Origin: Bacillota bacterium
Lineage (GTDB): Bacteria > Bacillota_I > Bacilli_A > RFN20 > CAG-288
Direction: 5' to 3'
Assembly (NCBI GenBank): GCA_036830315.1
Contig: DAISOU010000006.1
Span: 1,212 to 65,211, forward strand
DNA length: 64,000 bases
The notes under the pieces were generated by a model, which was given only the letters and a program-made list of their open reading frames with translations, was not told where the DNA came from and did not search any database. The translations under genes were made by a program, and so were the position numbers. Positions within the stretch are counted from its first letter, which is position 1, and every line of letters starts with the position of its first letter. Below are positions 10,353 to 18,540 of the stretch, piece after piece.

Positions 10353-11408
10353 ATGTCAATTAACACGCTCGCTTATCCAAACGGTCTCTTTCCCGACAGC
10401 AATGGCCGAGTAACCATTACTTTCTATGCAATCTGTATTTTAGGTGGTGCTTTATTGGCTTTGTTTTTGTCTAATTATCACGCTCATAAAGACGGATATG
10501 ACTGGACTTTCTTCGATACCATTTTTTTAGTGGCTTTCCCCGCCGGTATTATCGGAGCCCGTATCTGGTATGTCATTGCCACCTGGCCGGAAACCTCGGG
10601 AATGACAAACTTCTTCGGATATGGTTCTAATTGGGTCTGGAAGCCTTTCGCAATCTGGGAAGGCGGTCTTGCCATTCAAGGCGGTGCCATAGCCGGCGTC
10701 TTAGCCGGTATGATATTTATCAAACTAAGAAGAAAAGGAACTCATATTTTAAGAGCTGCCGACTTTGCCGTTCCGACTATCATCGTCGCTCAGGCTGTCG
10801 GCAGATGGGGTAATTTCTTCAATCAGGAAGTGTTTGGTCACGCCGTCAGTGCTGAAGCCTGGAATTTCCTTCCCTCCTTTATTACTTCTAATATGCAAAA
10901 CGGAGGTCAGGTGATGTTATCGGGAGTGATGATACCCAAAGGGTCAGTCGCTGCTCCTCTTTTCTTGATAGAAGGCGTCATCAATGTCATGTTCTATTTC
11001 CTGATTTCTTATGGATTGAAGGCTTTGGAAGGAAAACACTATGAGGAAGGCGATACTACTTTCGCTTACTTTATCGCCTATGGAATCATCAGAGCAGTCT
11101 TAGAGCCTTTGAGAAATCCGGCTTTCATCATGGGAGAAGGATCAAACGGCACCAGTGCCTCAAGAACTGATTTCAAATCCTATATGATGGCTCTGGCTTT
11201 TGTTGCAATCGGTCTTATTCTCATCTTCCTCAATCATCTTGTAAAGAATCTGTCTCGAAAAGGAAAACTGGATAACGTTCCGATTATCAGTCGTTTTACT
11301 GAAAAGCATGATGAAGCCACTAGGCTTGATATTGAAGAAGTGAGAAAAGAAGATGAAAGGAAAAGTCCTGAAAGTCAGGGGAACAGCATCCGTGAAAAAA
11401 AGGAATGA
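10353..11408 (+). CDS. lgt: Prolipoprotein diacylglyceryl transferase (extended, charged C-terminus)
   Basis: Polytopic protein with the signature GRWGNFFNQEVFG, and IWEGGLAIQGG. Confidence 0.95.
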   Translation: MSINTLAYPNGLFPDSNGRVTITFYAICILGGALLALFLSNYHAHKDGYDWTFFDTIFLVAFPAGIIGARIWYVIATWPETSGMTNFFGYGSNWVWKPFAIWEGGLAIQGGAIAGVLAGMIFIKLRRKGTHILRAADFAVPTIIVAQAVGRWGNFFNQEVFGHAVSAEAWNFLPSFITSNMQNGGQVMLSGVMIPKGSVAAPLFLIEGVINVMFYFLISYGLKALEGKHYEEGDTTFAYFIAYGIIRAVLEPLRNPAFIMGEGSNGTSASRTDFKSYMMALAFVAIGLILIFLNHLVKNLSRKGKLDNVPIISRFTEKHDEATRLDIEEVRKEDERKSPESQGNSIREKKE

Positions 11409-12036
11409 TCTCGATCTGGTCATTTTTGATTTAGATGGCACTTTAGTCGATACTGCTCTCTATATCATCATGAACTATGTCCATCTGTTTGACAAATATC
11501 ATAAGAAGATGCCTTCTCTTACTGATATGGTTTATTTTTCCGGTCCTCCTTTAGAAGACATACTTCCGAGATATTTTCCCGATGTTCCTTTTGATAAGCT
11601 AATCAGGGAATTCCGTGAATTTTCTCTTCGATATTCGAATCATTATTCAAGTCTATATGAAGGAGAGACCGATGTTCTCTCCTCTTTGAAGAAGGCTGGA
11701 TACAAGTTGGCTGTCCTGACTTCTAAAAGCCGAGAAGCTACAATTGACAATCTGCAGGGATTTGATATCTATCAGTATTTTGATTATCTTCTCTGTGTCG
11801 ATGACTGCCCGAAACCTAAGCCGGATCCTTTGGGAGTCAATATGATCCTTGATAAGCTGAAGATTGAAAGAGACAGGGCTTTAGTTATAGGAGACAGTGA
11901 ATCTGACATAGTCACTGGAAAAAATGCCGGTATCAAAACCGGCCTTGTGACTTTTGGTCTTAAGCGTCTTCCTGAAATAAAAGCTGATATAGAGTATGCT
12001 GATTACGGTGCTATCAGAAAGGACTTATTATCATGA
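11353..12036 (+). CDS. HAD-superfamily hydrolase, PpaX/phosphoglycolate-phosphatase-like
   Basis: HAD motifs FDLDGTLVDT, LTSK, KPKPDP and GDSESDI. It occupies the same position as ppaX in the B. subtilis hprK-lgt cluster. The true start may be the in-frame GTG at 11392, which would avoid most of the overlap with lgt. Confidence 0.8.
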   Translation: MKGKVLKVRGTASVKKRNDLDLVIFDLDGTLVDTALYIIMNYVHLFDKYHKKMPSLTDMVYFSGPPLEDILPRYFPDVPFDKLIREFREFSLRYSNHYSSLYEGETDVLSSLKKAGYKLAVLTSKSREATIDNLQGFDIYQYFDYLLCVDDCPKPKPDPLGVNMILDKLKIERDRALVIGDSESDIVTGKNAGIKTGLVTFGLKRLPEIKADIEYADYGAIRKDLLS

Positions 12037-12959
12037 TCGATGAAAAAGAAGTAGCCATAATCGGAATGGGACCAGGCGGTGTGTCAGCTGCTATTTATCT
12101 CTCCCGTTATGGAATGAAACCAGTCTGTTTTGAAAAAGACTTGATTGGCGGAAAGACCAATTATACGGAGAAGATCGCCAATTATGCCGGTTACCTGGAT
12201 GAAAAAGGACCTCAGTTAGGTCTCAATTTTTCACAACAGTTAGATAGGTTTGCCATTAAGACTATCTATAAGGAAGTGAAGTCGGTGATGCCTAATCCTG
12301 ACGGAACTTTTGATATTTCCTATGGAAAGGAAGTTCATACTTTCCGCTATGTGATCTTAGCTAACGGCTTAGGCGAGAAGACTTATGACGTGAAAGGCTC
12401 TGACAAATTCTCTAAGAGAGGCATCTCTCGCTGCGCTATCTGCGACGGCGCTTTCTATAAGGGAAAGAACGTCGCTGTCTTAGGAGGCGGGAACTCCGCC
12501 GTCGAAGAAGCTGCCTACTTGGCTTCTATCTGCCCTAATGTCTATCTTATTTCTCACAGCGTTCCTTTTAAGGCTGAACAGGCTGTCATGGAAGAATTCA
12601 CTTCTCACTCAAGTGCTCATATCTATGCTCCTTATGACATCAAGGAAAGCCGGGGAGACAAAATCCTCGAAGGTCTTACCTTGGTTAACTTGGAAGATAA
12701 GACAGAAGTAGACATCGATATCAACGGCTTGTTTATCTATATCGGATCGATACCGGTCAATCAGTTCCTGCTTGTCAAAGATGTGTTAGACGAACATGGT
12801 TTTGTCGTCACGGATGAAAAGATGAAGAGCAAAGTCGATGGCTTATATGCGATCGGCGACTGCAGAAAGACACCTTTAAGACAGGTGGCGACTGCGGTAA
12901 GCGATGGAGCCATCGCCGCTAACAGCATCCATACCGATTATCTGAAAAACAGGAGATAA
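12033..12959 (+). CDS. trxB: Thioredoxin-disulfide reductase
   Basis: GMGPGGVSAAIY (FAD), redox CAICDG, and GGGNSAVEEA (NADPH). ATGA start/stop overlap with the upstream gene. Confidence 0.93.
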   Translation: MIDEKEVAIIGMGPGGVSAAIYLSRYGMKPVCFEKDLIGGKTNYTEKIANYAGYLDEKGPQLGLNFSQQLDRFAIKTIYKEVKSVMPNPDGTFDISYGKEVHTFRYVILANGLGEKTYDVKGSDKFSKRGISRCAICDGAFYKGKNVAVLGGGNSAVEEAAYLASICPNVYLISHSVPFKAEQAVMEEFTSHSSAHIYAPYDIKESRGDKILEGLTLVNLEDKTEVDIDINGLFIYIGSIPVNQFLLVKDVLDEHGFVVTDEKMKSKVDGLYAIGDCRKTPLRQVATAVSDGAIAANSIHTDYLKNRR

Positions 12960-12961
12960 AG

Positions 12962-13933
12962 ATGGCGACTAAAGAGATGGCGTTTGCTAAGAAGGTCAAG
13001 AATGAGATCTCTCTCAATAGTTACAGCAAAGAAGAAAAGAAATACGTTCTTTCCGGCTTTGCCCGTAACGGAGGCTCTTTTTCGATTGGAAGCAAACCCT
13101 CTCTCTCTTTGCATACTGAAATCGCCTGCGTGGCCAAGCTTTTGTATTCCTGTCTCAAGGAATGCTATAGTCTGGCCCCGACTATCCGATATGAGAACGT
13201 CAGTCGGTTCGGAAGAGGCTTAGTCTATGAAGTCTTTGTCGAAGACAAGAGACTTTACGATGTCATGGAAGATCTGGAGATCATGAAAGACGGCATTGAA
13301 AGAATACCTCCTTCCAAAGGTCTTCACAGAAAAAGCCTTAAATTCCTGGTAGTCGGCTCTTTTTTAGCCAATGGTTCTGTCAATAACCCCTCTTCCGGTA
13401 AGACCTCCTACTTTCTGGAGATGGCTTTCTCTGATAAGGCAGACGCTAATGCCGTCAGAAGAAAACTGAATTCCTTCAAGGAAGAGAAGACGATGCTGTT
13501 CAAATATATAAAGAGACGTGACAAGCACGTCCTTTATCTAAAAAAATCAGATCAGATTTCCGTCTTTCTTTCTTATATAGGTGCAGTTGAATCCATGCTG
13601 GATTTTGAAAACGCCCGAGTCTTGAAAGACGATATGAATATCAACAACCGTCTTTCCATCTGCGATTCGGCTAATTACGGAAAGACTTTATTGGTAGCAA
13701 AAAAAGACGTCGAAGACATAGAACTTGTTCTTTCCGTTACTCCTTTAGGTCTCTTCGATTCCAAAACTCAGCTGTTTATCGAAAAGAGACTGGAAATGAA
13801 GGACTCCAACTATCGTGAATTGGCTGAGACGATGACTGAAGAGGGCATTTCCATCACTAAATCAGGGGTTGTTCACCTGATGACATCTTTGCGGGAAAAA
13901 GCTGCTCAGATACGTGAGAGAAATAAGAAATGA
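12962..13933 (+). CDS. whiA: DNA-binding protein WhiA
   Basis: 323 aa. N-terminus FAKKVKNEI...SGFARNGGS, a degenerate LAGLIDADG-like core, and a C-terminal HTH (YRELAETMTEEGISITKSGVVHLM). Confidence 0.9.
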   Translation: MATKEMAFAKKVKNEISLNSYSKEEKKYVLSGFARNGGSFSIGSKPSLSLHTEIACVAKLLYSCLKECYSLAPTIRYENVSRFGRGLVYEVFVEDKRLYDVMEDLEIMKDGIERIPPSKGLHRKSLKFLVVGSFLANGSVNNPSSGKTSYFLEMAFSDKADANAVRRKLNSFKEEKTMLFKYIKRRDKHVLYLKKSDQISVFLSYIGAVESMLDFENARVLKDDMNINNRLSICDSANYGKTLLVAKKDVEDIELVLSVTPLGLFDSKTQLFIEKRLEMKDSNYRELAETMTEEGISITKSGVVHLMTSLREKAAQIRERNKK

Positions 13934-13986
13934 GCATTTTGGGCACATATTTCTACTTTGAAATATGCTGAAAACAACGTAGATAT

Positions 13987-14017
13987 AGAGCCTTAAGGGG
14001 CTCTTTTCTTTTGTTTT
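13987..14017 (+). terminator. Rho-independent terminator after whiA
   Basis: AGAGCC-TTAAGG-GGCTCT followed by TTTCTTTTGTTTT. Confidence 0.7.
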
Positions 14018-14174
14018 GCAAAAAGAGTCATGTTGGGAAAAATATCATTTATCAAGGAAAAACTAATAAAAAAGCTTATAAAACATATAGTTTTATGTAA
14101 TAAAACTTGAAGACCGGATTATTTTCAATATGCAAAAATATCAATTTTTCTTAAATGAAAACCAAGCTGCTTGC

Positions 14175-14199
14175 TGCGCATCGTGCACGCAAATGCGCA
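14175..14199. promoter_or_regulatory. Nested GC-rich palindrome upstream of gap (candidate operator)
   Basis: TGCGCAT-CGTGCACG-CAA-ATGCGCA. This is a 7-nt inverted repeat flanking an 8-nt perfect palindrome, embedded in an otherwise very AT-rich 400-bp intergenic region about 140 nt upstream of the gap ATG. Confidence 0.3.
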
Positions 14200-14278
14200 T
14201 ACAAATACCTAAAATGATTATCATTAGTGCAAAATGATACTATGAAAGCCCTATTTTATTCAAAAATAGATAATAAAC

Positions 14279-14307
14279 CTTTATTTTTTCTATTTTAATT
14301 GTATAAT
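14279..14307 (+). promoter_or_regulatory. Candidate gap operon promoter
   Basis: TATAAT at 14302-14307 preceded by TG, with a weak -35 CTTTAT at 17-nt spacing. About 28 nt upstream of the gap ATG and RBS AAGGAGG. Confidence 0.4.
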
Positions 14308-14335
14308 CTTTTTGTAACTAAGGAGGACATAATAA

Positions 14336-15376
14336 ATGTCTATTAAAGTTGCGATCAATGGATTCGGTCGTATCGGTCGTCTTGCCTTCAGACGTGCTTA
14401 TGAGATGAACAAGGAAGCTGGAGAGAATGTCTTCGAAATTGTTGCCATCAACGATCTCGTACCTGCTGAAACTCTTGCCTACTTACTTAAATATGACACT
14501 ACTCATCGTACTTGGAATGCTGACAAGATTTCTTCTGAAGATAACAATATCGTCTTCGATGGTCACAAGATCCCTGTCTTAGGACAGAAAGATCCTCATG
14601 ATCTTCATTGGGGCGAATATGGTGTCGATGTCGTCTTAGAGTGCACTGGCCGCTTAAAGAGCCATGAAGATGGCGATGTCCATATGGAGAATGGTGCCAA
14701 GGGTGTTATCATCTCTGCTCCTTCTTCCTCCAAGGATATTCCTACTTATGTCTATGGCGTCAACACTGATAAGCTCACCAAGGACCAGACCATCATCTCT
14801 GGTGCTTCCTGCACTACCAATTGCTTAGCTCCTATGATGAAGGTTCTCAATGATACCTTTGGTGTCACTGGCGGAACTATGACTACTGTTCACGCTTATA
14901 CCAACGATCAGAGAATTCTTGATCTCGCTGGCTCCAACCTCCGTCGTGCCCGTGCCGGTGCCGCTAACATCGTTCCTACCACTACTGGTGCTGCCAAGGC
15001 TGTCGGCAAGGTCATTCCTGAACTCAATGGTGTCTTAAACGGAAATGCTATCCGTGTTCCTGTCACTGATGGTTCCATCTGCGATTGCACACTTCTCTTA
15101 AAGAAGCCTGCCACTGCCGAAGAGATCAACGCTGCCATGAAGAAGGCCGCTGAGGGTGAACTCAAGGGCATTCTTGCCTACAATGAAGATGAAATCGTTT
15201 CCTCCGATATTCTCGGAAGAACTGAAGGTTCCATCTTTGATGCCACTCTTACTATGATCATTCCTGCCGGTGATGTTAACTTTGTCAAGGTCGCTTCTTG
15301 GTATGATAATGAATATTCATTCACCTGCCAGATGATGAGACTTGCTAAGCTCTACGGCGAAGTCCTTAATAAGTAG
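14336..15376 (+). CDS. gap: Glyceraldehyde-3-phosphate dehydrogenase
   Basis: INGFGRIGR and the active site SCTTNCLAP, with WYDNE near the C-terminus. Strong RBS. Confidence 0.97.
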   Translation: MSIKVAINGFGRIGRLAFRRAYEMNKEAGENVFEIVAINDLVPAETLAYLLKYDTTHRTWNADKISSEDNNIVFDGHKIPVLGQKDPHDLHWGEYGVDVVLECTGRLKSHEDGDVHMENGAKGVIISAPSSSKDIPTYVYGVNTDKLTKDQTIISGASCTTNCLAPMMKVLNDTFGVTGGTMTTVHAYTNDQRILDLAGSNLRRARAGAANIVPTTTGAAKAVGKVIPELNGVLNGNAIRVPVTDGSICDCTLLLKKPATAEEINAAMKKAAEGELKGILAYNEDEIVSSDILGRTEGSIFDATLTMIIPAGDVNFVKVASWYDNEYSFTCQMMRLAKLYGEVLNK

Positions 15377-15391
15377 TAATTAGCGATTTCG

Positions 15392-15423
15392 ATGGCGGCA
15401 GGTCTTCCTGCCGCCATTTATCT
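15392..15423 (+). terminator. Intergenic gap-pgk stem-loop (partial terminator or processing signal)
   Basis: 11-bp perfect stem ATGGCGGCAGG-TCTT-CCTGCCGCCAT. Only a short, weak T-run follows. Confidence 0.45.
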
Positions 15424-15447
15424 AAACTGCTATAGGAGAATTTAAAA

Positions 15448-16710
15448 ATGAAAAAATTAGTTTCTGACTTGGATGTCAGCGGAAAAAAGGTTTTAGTCAG
15501 AGTAGATTTCAACGTTCCTCATAAGAATGGTGTCATTTCCGATGACAATCGTATTTCAGCTGCTGTTCCCACAATTGCCGAATTAGTCAACAAGAATGCC
15601 AAAGTTATCCTCATGTCTCATTTAGGCAAAATCAAATGGGGCAAAGTCGATGATGAGGAAATCAACAAGGAATTGAAGGGCAATGACCTTTCAATCGCTG
15701 TCGAACCTTTTGAAAAGCATTTAGCTGAGAAAGTCGGTCACGCTGTCAAGGTAACTTTCTGCCCTGCCACCCGTGGCGAAGAGCTCAAGAATGCCGTCAA
15801 TGCCTTACATGATGGCGAAGTTCTCTTAGTTCAGAACACCCGTTATGAAAAGGGTGAGACCAAGAACAATCCCGAACTCGCTGCTGAATGGGCTTCTCTC
15901 TGTGATGCCTTTGTCATGGATGCTTTCGGTTCTGCTCACAGAGCTCATGCCTCCACTGTCGGTGTTCCGACTATTTTGGCTCAGGAAGGAAAGCCTACTG
16001 CTGTCGGTTTCTTAGTCAAGAAGGAAATCGAAGGCTTAGGCCGCTGTGTCAACTGCCCGGAAGACGGAAAGCCTTATATCGCCATCTTAGGCGGTGCCAA
16101 GATTTCCGATAAGATCCAGGTCATTGATTCTTTAGTCAAAAAATGTGACAAGATCTTGATCGGCGGCGGTATGTCTTATACCTTCAAGTATGCCTTAGGC
16201 AAGACCATTGGCAATTCTCTCTGCGAGAAAGACCAGGTCGAATATGCCAGAAAGCTGATGCTTACTGGCAAAATCATTCTTCCTATCGATACCAAGATCG
16301 CTACTTCCTTTGATGATCCTCAGGATATCCACGTCATCAACACTGATGCCAATGATGTCAAGGAAGCCGGTATTCCTGATGGCTATGAAGGAATGGATAT
16401 CGGACCTGAGACTGAAGAGCTCTTCACTAAGAACATCCTTCAGGCCAAGACCATTTTCTGGAATGGACCTATGGGTGTCTTTGAATTACCTGAATTTCAG
16501 GAGGGAACCAAGGCAGTCTGCAAGGCCTGCGCTGAAGCTACTAAGAAGGGTGCCTTCTCAGTAATCGGCGGCGGTGATTCTGCTTCTGCTGCCAAGGAAT
16601 TCGGTTATGCCGATAAGTTCAGCCACGTTTCAACCGGTGGCGGAGCTTCTCTTGAACTCATCCAATTTGATGGTCATCTTCCGGGAATCGATGACATTGA
16701 AGATAAGTAA
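15448..16710 (+). CDS. pgk: Phosphoglycerate kinase
   Basis: RVDFNVP, MSHLG, WNGPMGVFE and STGGGASLE. Confidence 0.97.
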   Translation: MKKLVSDLDVSGKKVLVRVDFNVPHKNGVISDDNRISAAVPTIAELVNKNAKVILMSHLGKIKWGKVDDEEINKELKGNDLSIAVEPFEKHLAEKVGHAVKVTFCPATRGEELKNAVNALHDGEVLLVQNTRYEKGETKNNPELAAEWASLCDAFVMDAFGSAHRAHASTVGVPTILAQEGKPTAVGFLVKKEIEGLGRCVNCPEDGKPYIAILGGAKISDKIQVIDSLVKKCDKILIGGGMSYTFKYALGKTIGNSLCEKDQVEYARKLMLTGKIILPIDTKIATSFDDPQDIHVINTDANDVKEAGIPDGYEGMDIGPETEELFTKNILQAKTIFWNGPMGVFELPEFQEGTKAVCKACAEATKKGAFSVIGGGDSASAAKEFGYADKFSHVSTGGGASLELIQFDGHLPGIDDIEDK

Positions 16711-16732
16711 ATCCCAGAAAGAGTATTGAATT

Positions 16733-17494
16733 ATGGCACGTAAAAAATTCTTAATGGGCAACTGGAAGATGAATCACACTATCGCTGAGGCTAATGCCTT
16801 CTGCGATGCCGTGAAAGATTCCGGTCTTGTCAAAGAAGCCCGTAACAAAGGCGTTTTGTTAGGAATTGCTCCTAGCTATATCGCTTTACAGGCTGTCAGA
16901 AAACATGCTCATGGTTTAGTTGTCGCTTCTCAGGATGCACATTATATGAACCATGGCGCCTATACTTCATCTGTTTCCATTCCGATGCTTAAGGAAATCA
17001 ACATCGATTGGTCCATCATCGGTCACAGTGAGAAGAGAACCTATGAAGGTGAGACTTCTCTGACCTGCAACCGCAAGATCAAGGCCTTAGTAGCTGAACG
17101 TTTCCACGTTGTCTATTGTGTCGGTGAAACCGCTAAGGAATATGATGAAGGCATTACCAAGGATGTTATCCGTGAACAGGTCTTAACCGGACTTATGGGT
17201 ATCACCAAGGAAACCATTCCTTATATTGTCATTGCCTATGAACCTGTCTGGTCCATTGGAACTGGCAAAAATGCTTCTGTTGAAATCGCTGTAGATATCT
17301 GCGGATATATCCGTTCTATCATCGAAGAACTCTTTGGCAAAGTCGCCGCTCAGAAAGTTCTTGTCCTCTACGGCGGAAGTGTCAAGCCTGAAAACATTCA
17401 CGAATACCTCAAGGCCAGTGATGTCGATGGCGCTTTAGTCGGCGGAGCTTCTCTCAAAGCTGATTCCTTCAAAGCTCTTTTAGAAAACATCTAA
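16733..17494 (+). CDS. tpiA: Triosephosphate isomerase
   Basis: GNWKMN, IGHSERR-like IGHSEKR, AYEPVWSIGTG and YGGSV. Confidence 0.97.
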   Translation: MARKKFLMGNWKMNHTIAEANAFCDAVKDSGLVKEARNKGVLLGIAPSYIALQAVRKHAHGLVVASQDAHYMNHGAYTSSVSIPMLKEINIDWSIIGHSEKRTYEGETSLTCNRKIKALVAERFHVVYCVGETAKEYDEGITKDVIREQVLTGLMGITKETIPYIVIAYEPVWSIGTGKNASVEIAVDICGYIRSIIEELFGKVAAQKVLVLYGGSVKPENIHEYLKASDVDGALVGGASLKADSFKALLENI

Positions 17495-17502
17495 AACAGA
17501 CA

Positions 17503-17536
17503 AGCCGCTTTTCCTTATCGGAAGAGCGGCTTTTTC
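17503..17536 (+). terminator. Rho-independent terminator after tpiA
   Basis: 12-bp stem AGCCGCTTTTCC / GGAAGAGCGGCT (one G.U pair), 5-nt loop, then TTTTT. Confidence 0.8.
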
Positions 17537-17633
17537 AATGCCTATTTTTAAGCGGATATCTTGTATTTTCGTCGGTTTTGGTTATTCTATATATAATTGA
17601 TAACTACCCAACAAAAAAAAGGAGCATCTAAGC

Positions 17634-18392
17634 ATGAATGAGTTTACGCCAGAAGCCACCAAGCAGGAAAACGTTGGCAAAAATGAGAGAAAACACGCTG
17701 AGTTTTCAATGATGAGAGTTATGCTCTGGTTAGGAATCGGATTACTGATCACAGCTGTTGTATCTCTGACTTATCCTAATCTTCTGCTTTTTATCTTTAA
17801 AGATGATGTCGATGGTATGAATATCGCCTATGTGGCTACACTGGCAGTCAGTATCGTCATGATGCTGGTATCTATGCTTGTCGTTCATCTTAAGGCGTCG
17901 AAGAAGGATTCGGCCTTGAGTCCGATATTCTATCTTATTTATACAATCTCAGTCGGATTCCTTCTGTCATCGGTGTTCCTGACCATACTCGGTTCTGAAC
18001 AAAGCGATGCTATCGGAACTATCTCAGTTGCCTTCTTTGTCACTGCCGGCTGTTTCATCGTGATGGGACTTATCGGTTTTCTCACTAAGAGAAGTCTCAA
18101 TATTCTGATTCCTCTTATCATCACCTTGGTGATCGGAGCCGTTATCATCTCTTTAGTCAACTTCTTCATGCAGTCTTCAATCGTCTATTGGATCACTGAC
18201 TTTGTTCTCTTCGGCGTCATTCTTGTCATCACCGCTGTCGATATCAACAACATCAAAAAGATCGCTGAGGCTGGTGTCTTCTACAGTTCTCTGAACATGT
18301 CTATCTACTGCGCTTTCTCTCTTTATGTCGATTTCATCAATATCTTCATCAGAGTTCTGATGTATGTGGCGATGTCTAAACGTAACAGCTAG
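17634..18392 (+). CDS. Bax inhibitor-1/YccA (TMBIM) family membrane protein, copy A
   Basis: Seven hydrophobic segments and the family-typical C-terminus SIYCAFSLYVDFINIFIRVL. RBS AAGGAG. Confidence 0.85.
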   Translation: MNEFTPEATKQENVGKNERKHAEFSMMRVMLWLGIGLLITAVVSLTYPNLLLFIFKDDVDGMNIAYVATLAVSIVMMLVSMLVVHLKASKKDSALSPIFYLIYTISVGFLLSSVFLTILGSEQSDAIGTISVAFFVTAGCFIVMGLIGFLTKRSLNILIPLIITLVIGAVIISLVNFFMQSSIVYWITDFVLFGVILVITAVDINNIKKIAEAGVFYSSLNMSIYCAFSLYVDFINIFIRVLMYVAMSKRNS

Positions 18393-18405
18393 AAAAACAA
18401 TTGAT

Positions 18406-18434
18406 AAGCGCAGCTAAAAAAGCTGCGCTTTTTC
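18406..18434 (+). terminator. Rho-independent terminator
   Basis: AAGCGCAGCT-AAAAA-AGCTGCGCTT followed by TTT. Confidence 0.8.
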
Positions 18435-18540
18435 ATTGCTATCAATATGGATATTAATATCTCGCAAAAATAAGAAAAATAATTATTCCATCGGCGTTTT
18501 AAAGGAATATAATCAGGGACTAGTGAGGAATTTATCATAT

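Noticed and set aside
14031-14111. 26-codon basic peptide ORF (MLGKISFIKEKLIKKLIKHIVLCNKT) in the whiA-gap spacer.
   Set aside because: It lies in very AT-rich DNA, where Lys/Ile/Asn-rich short ORFs arise by chance. It has a weak RBS and no supporting context.
18436-18540. TTG-initiated N-terminal extension of the LRR lipoprotein ORF.
   Set aside because: The extension overlaps the upstream terminator and has no signal-peptide logic. The internal MNKRKNV...LLTGC forms a textbook lipoprotein signal peptide with an upstream RBS-like GTGAGGAA.
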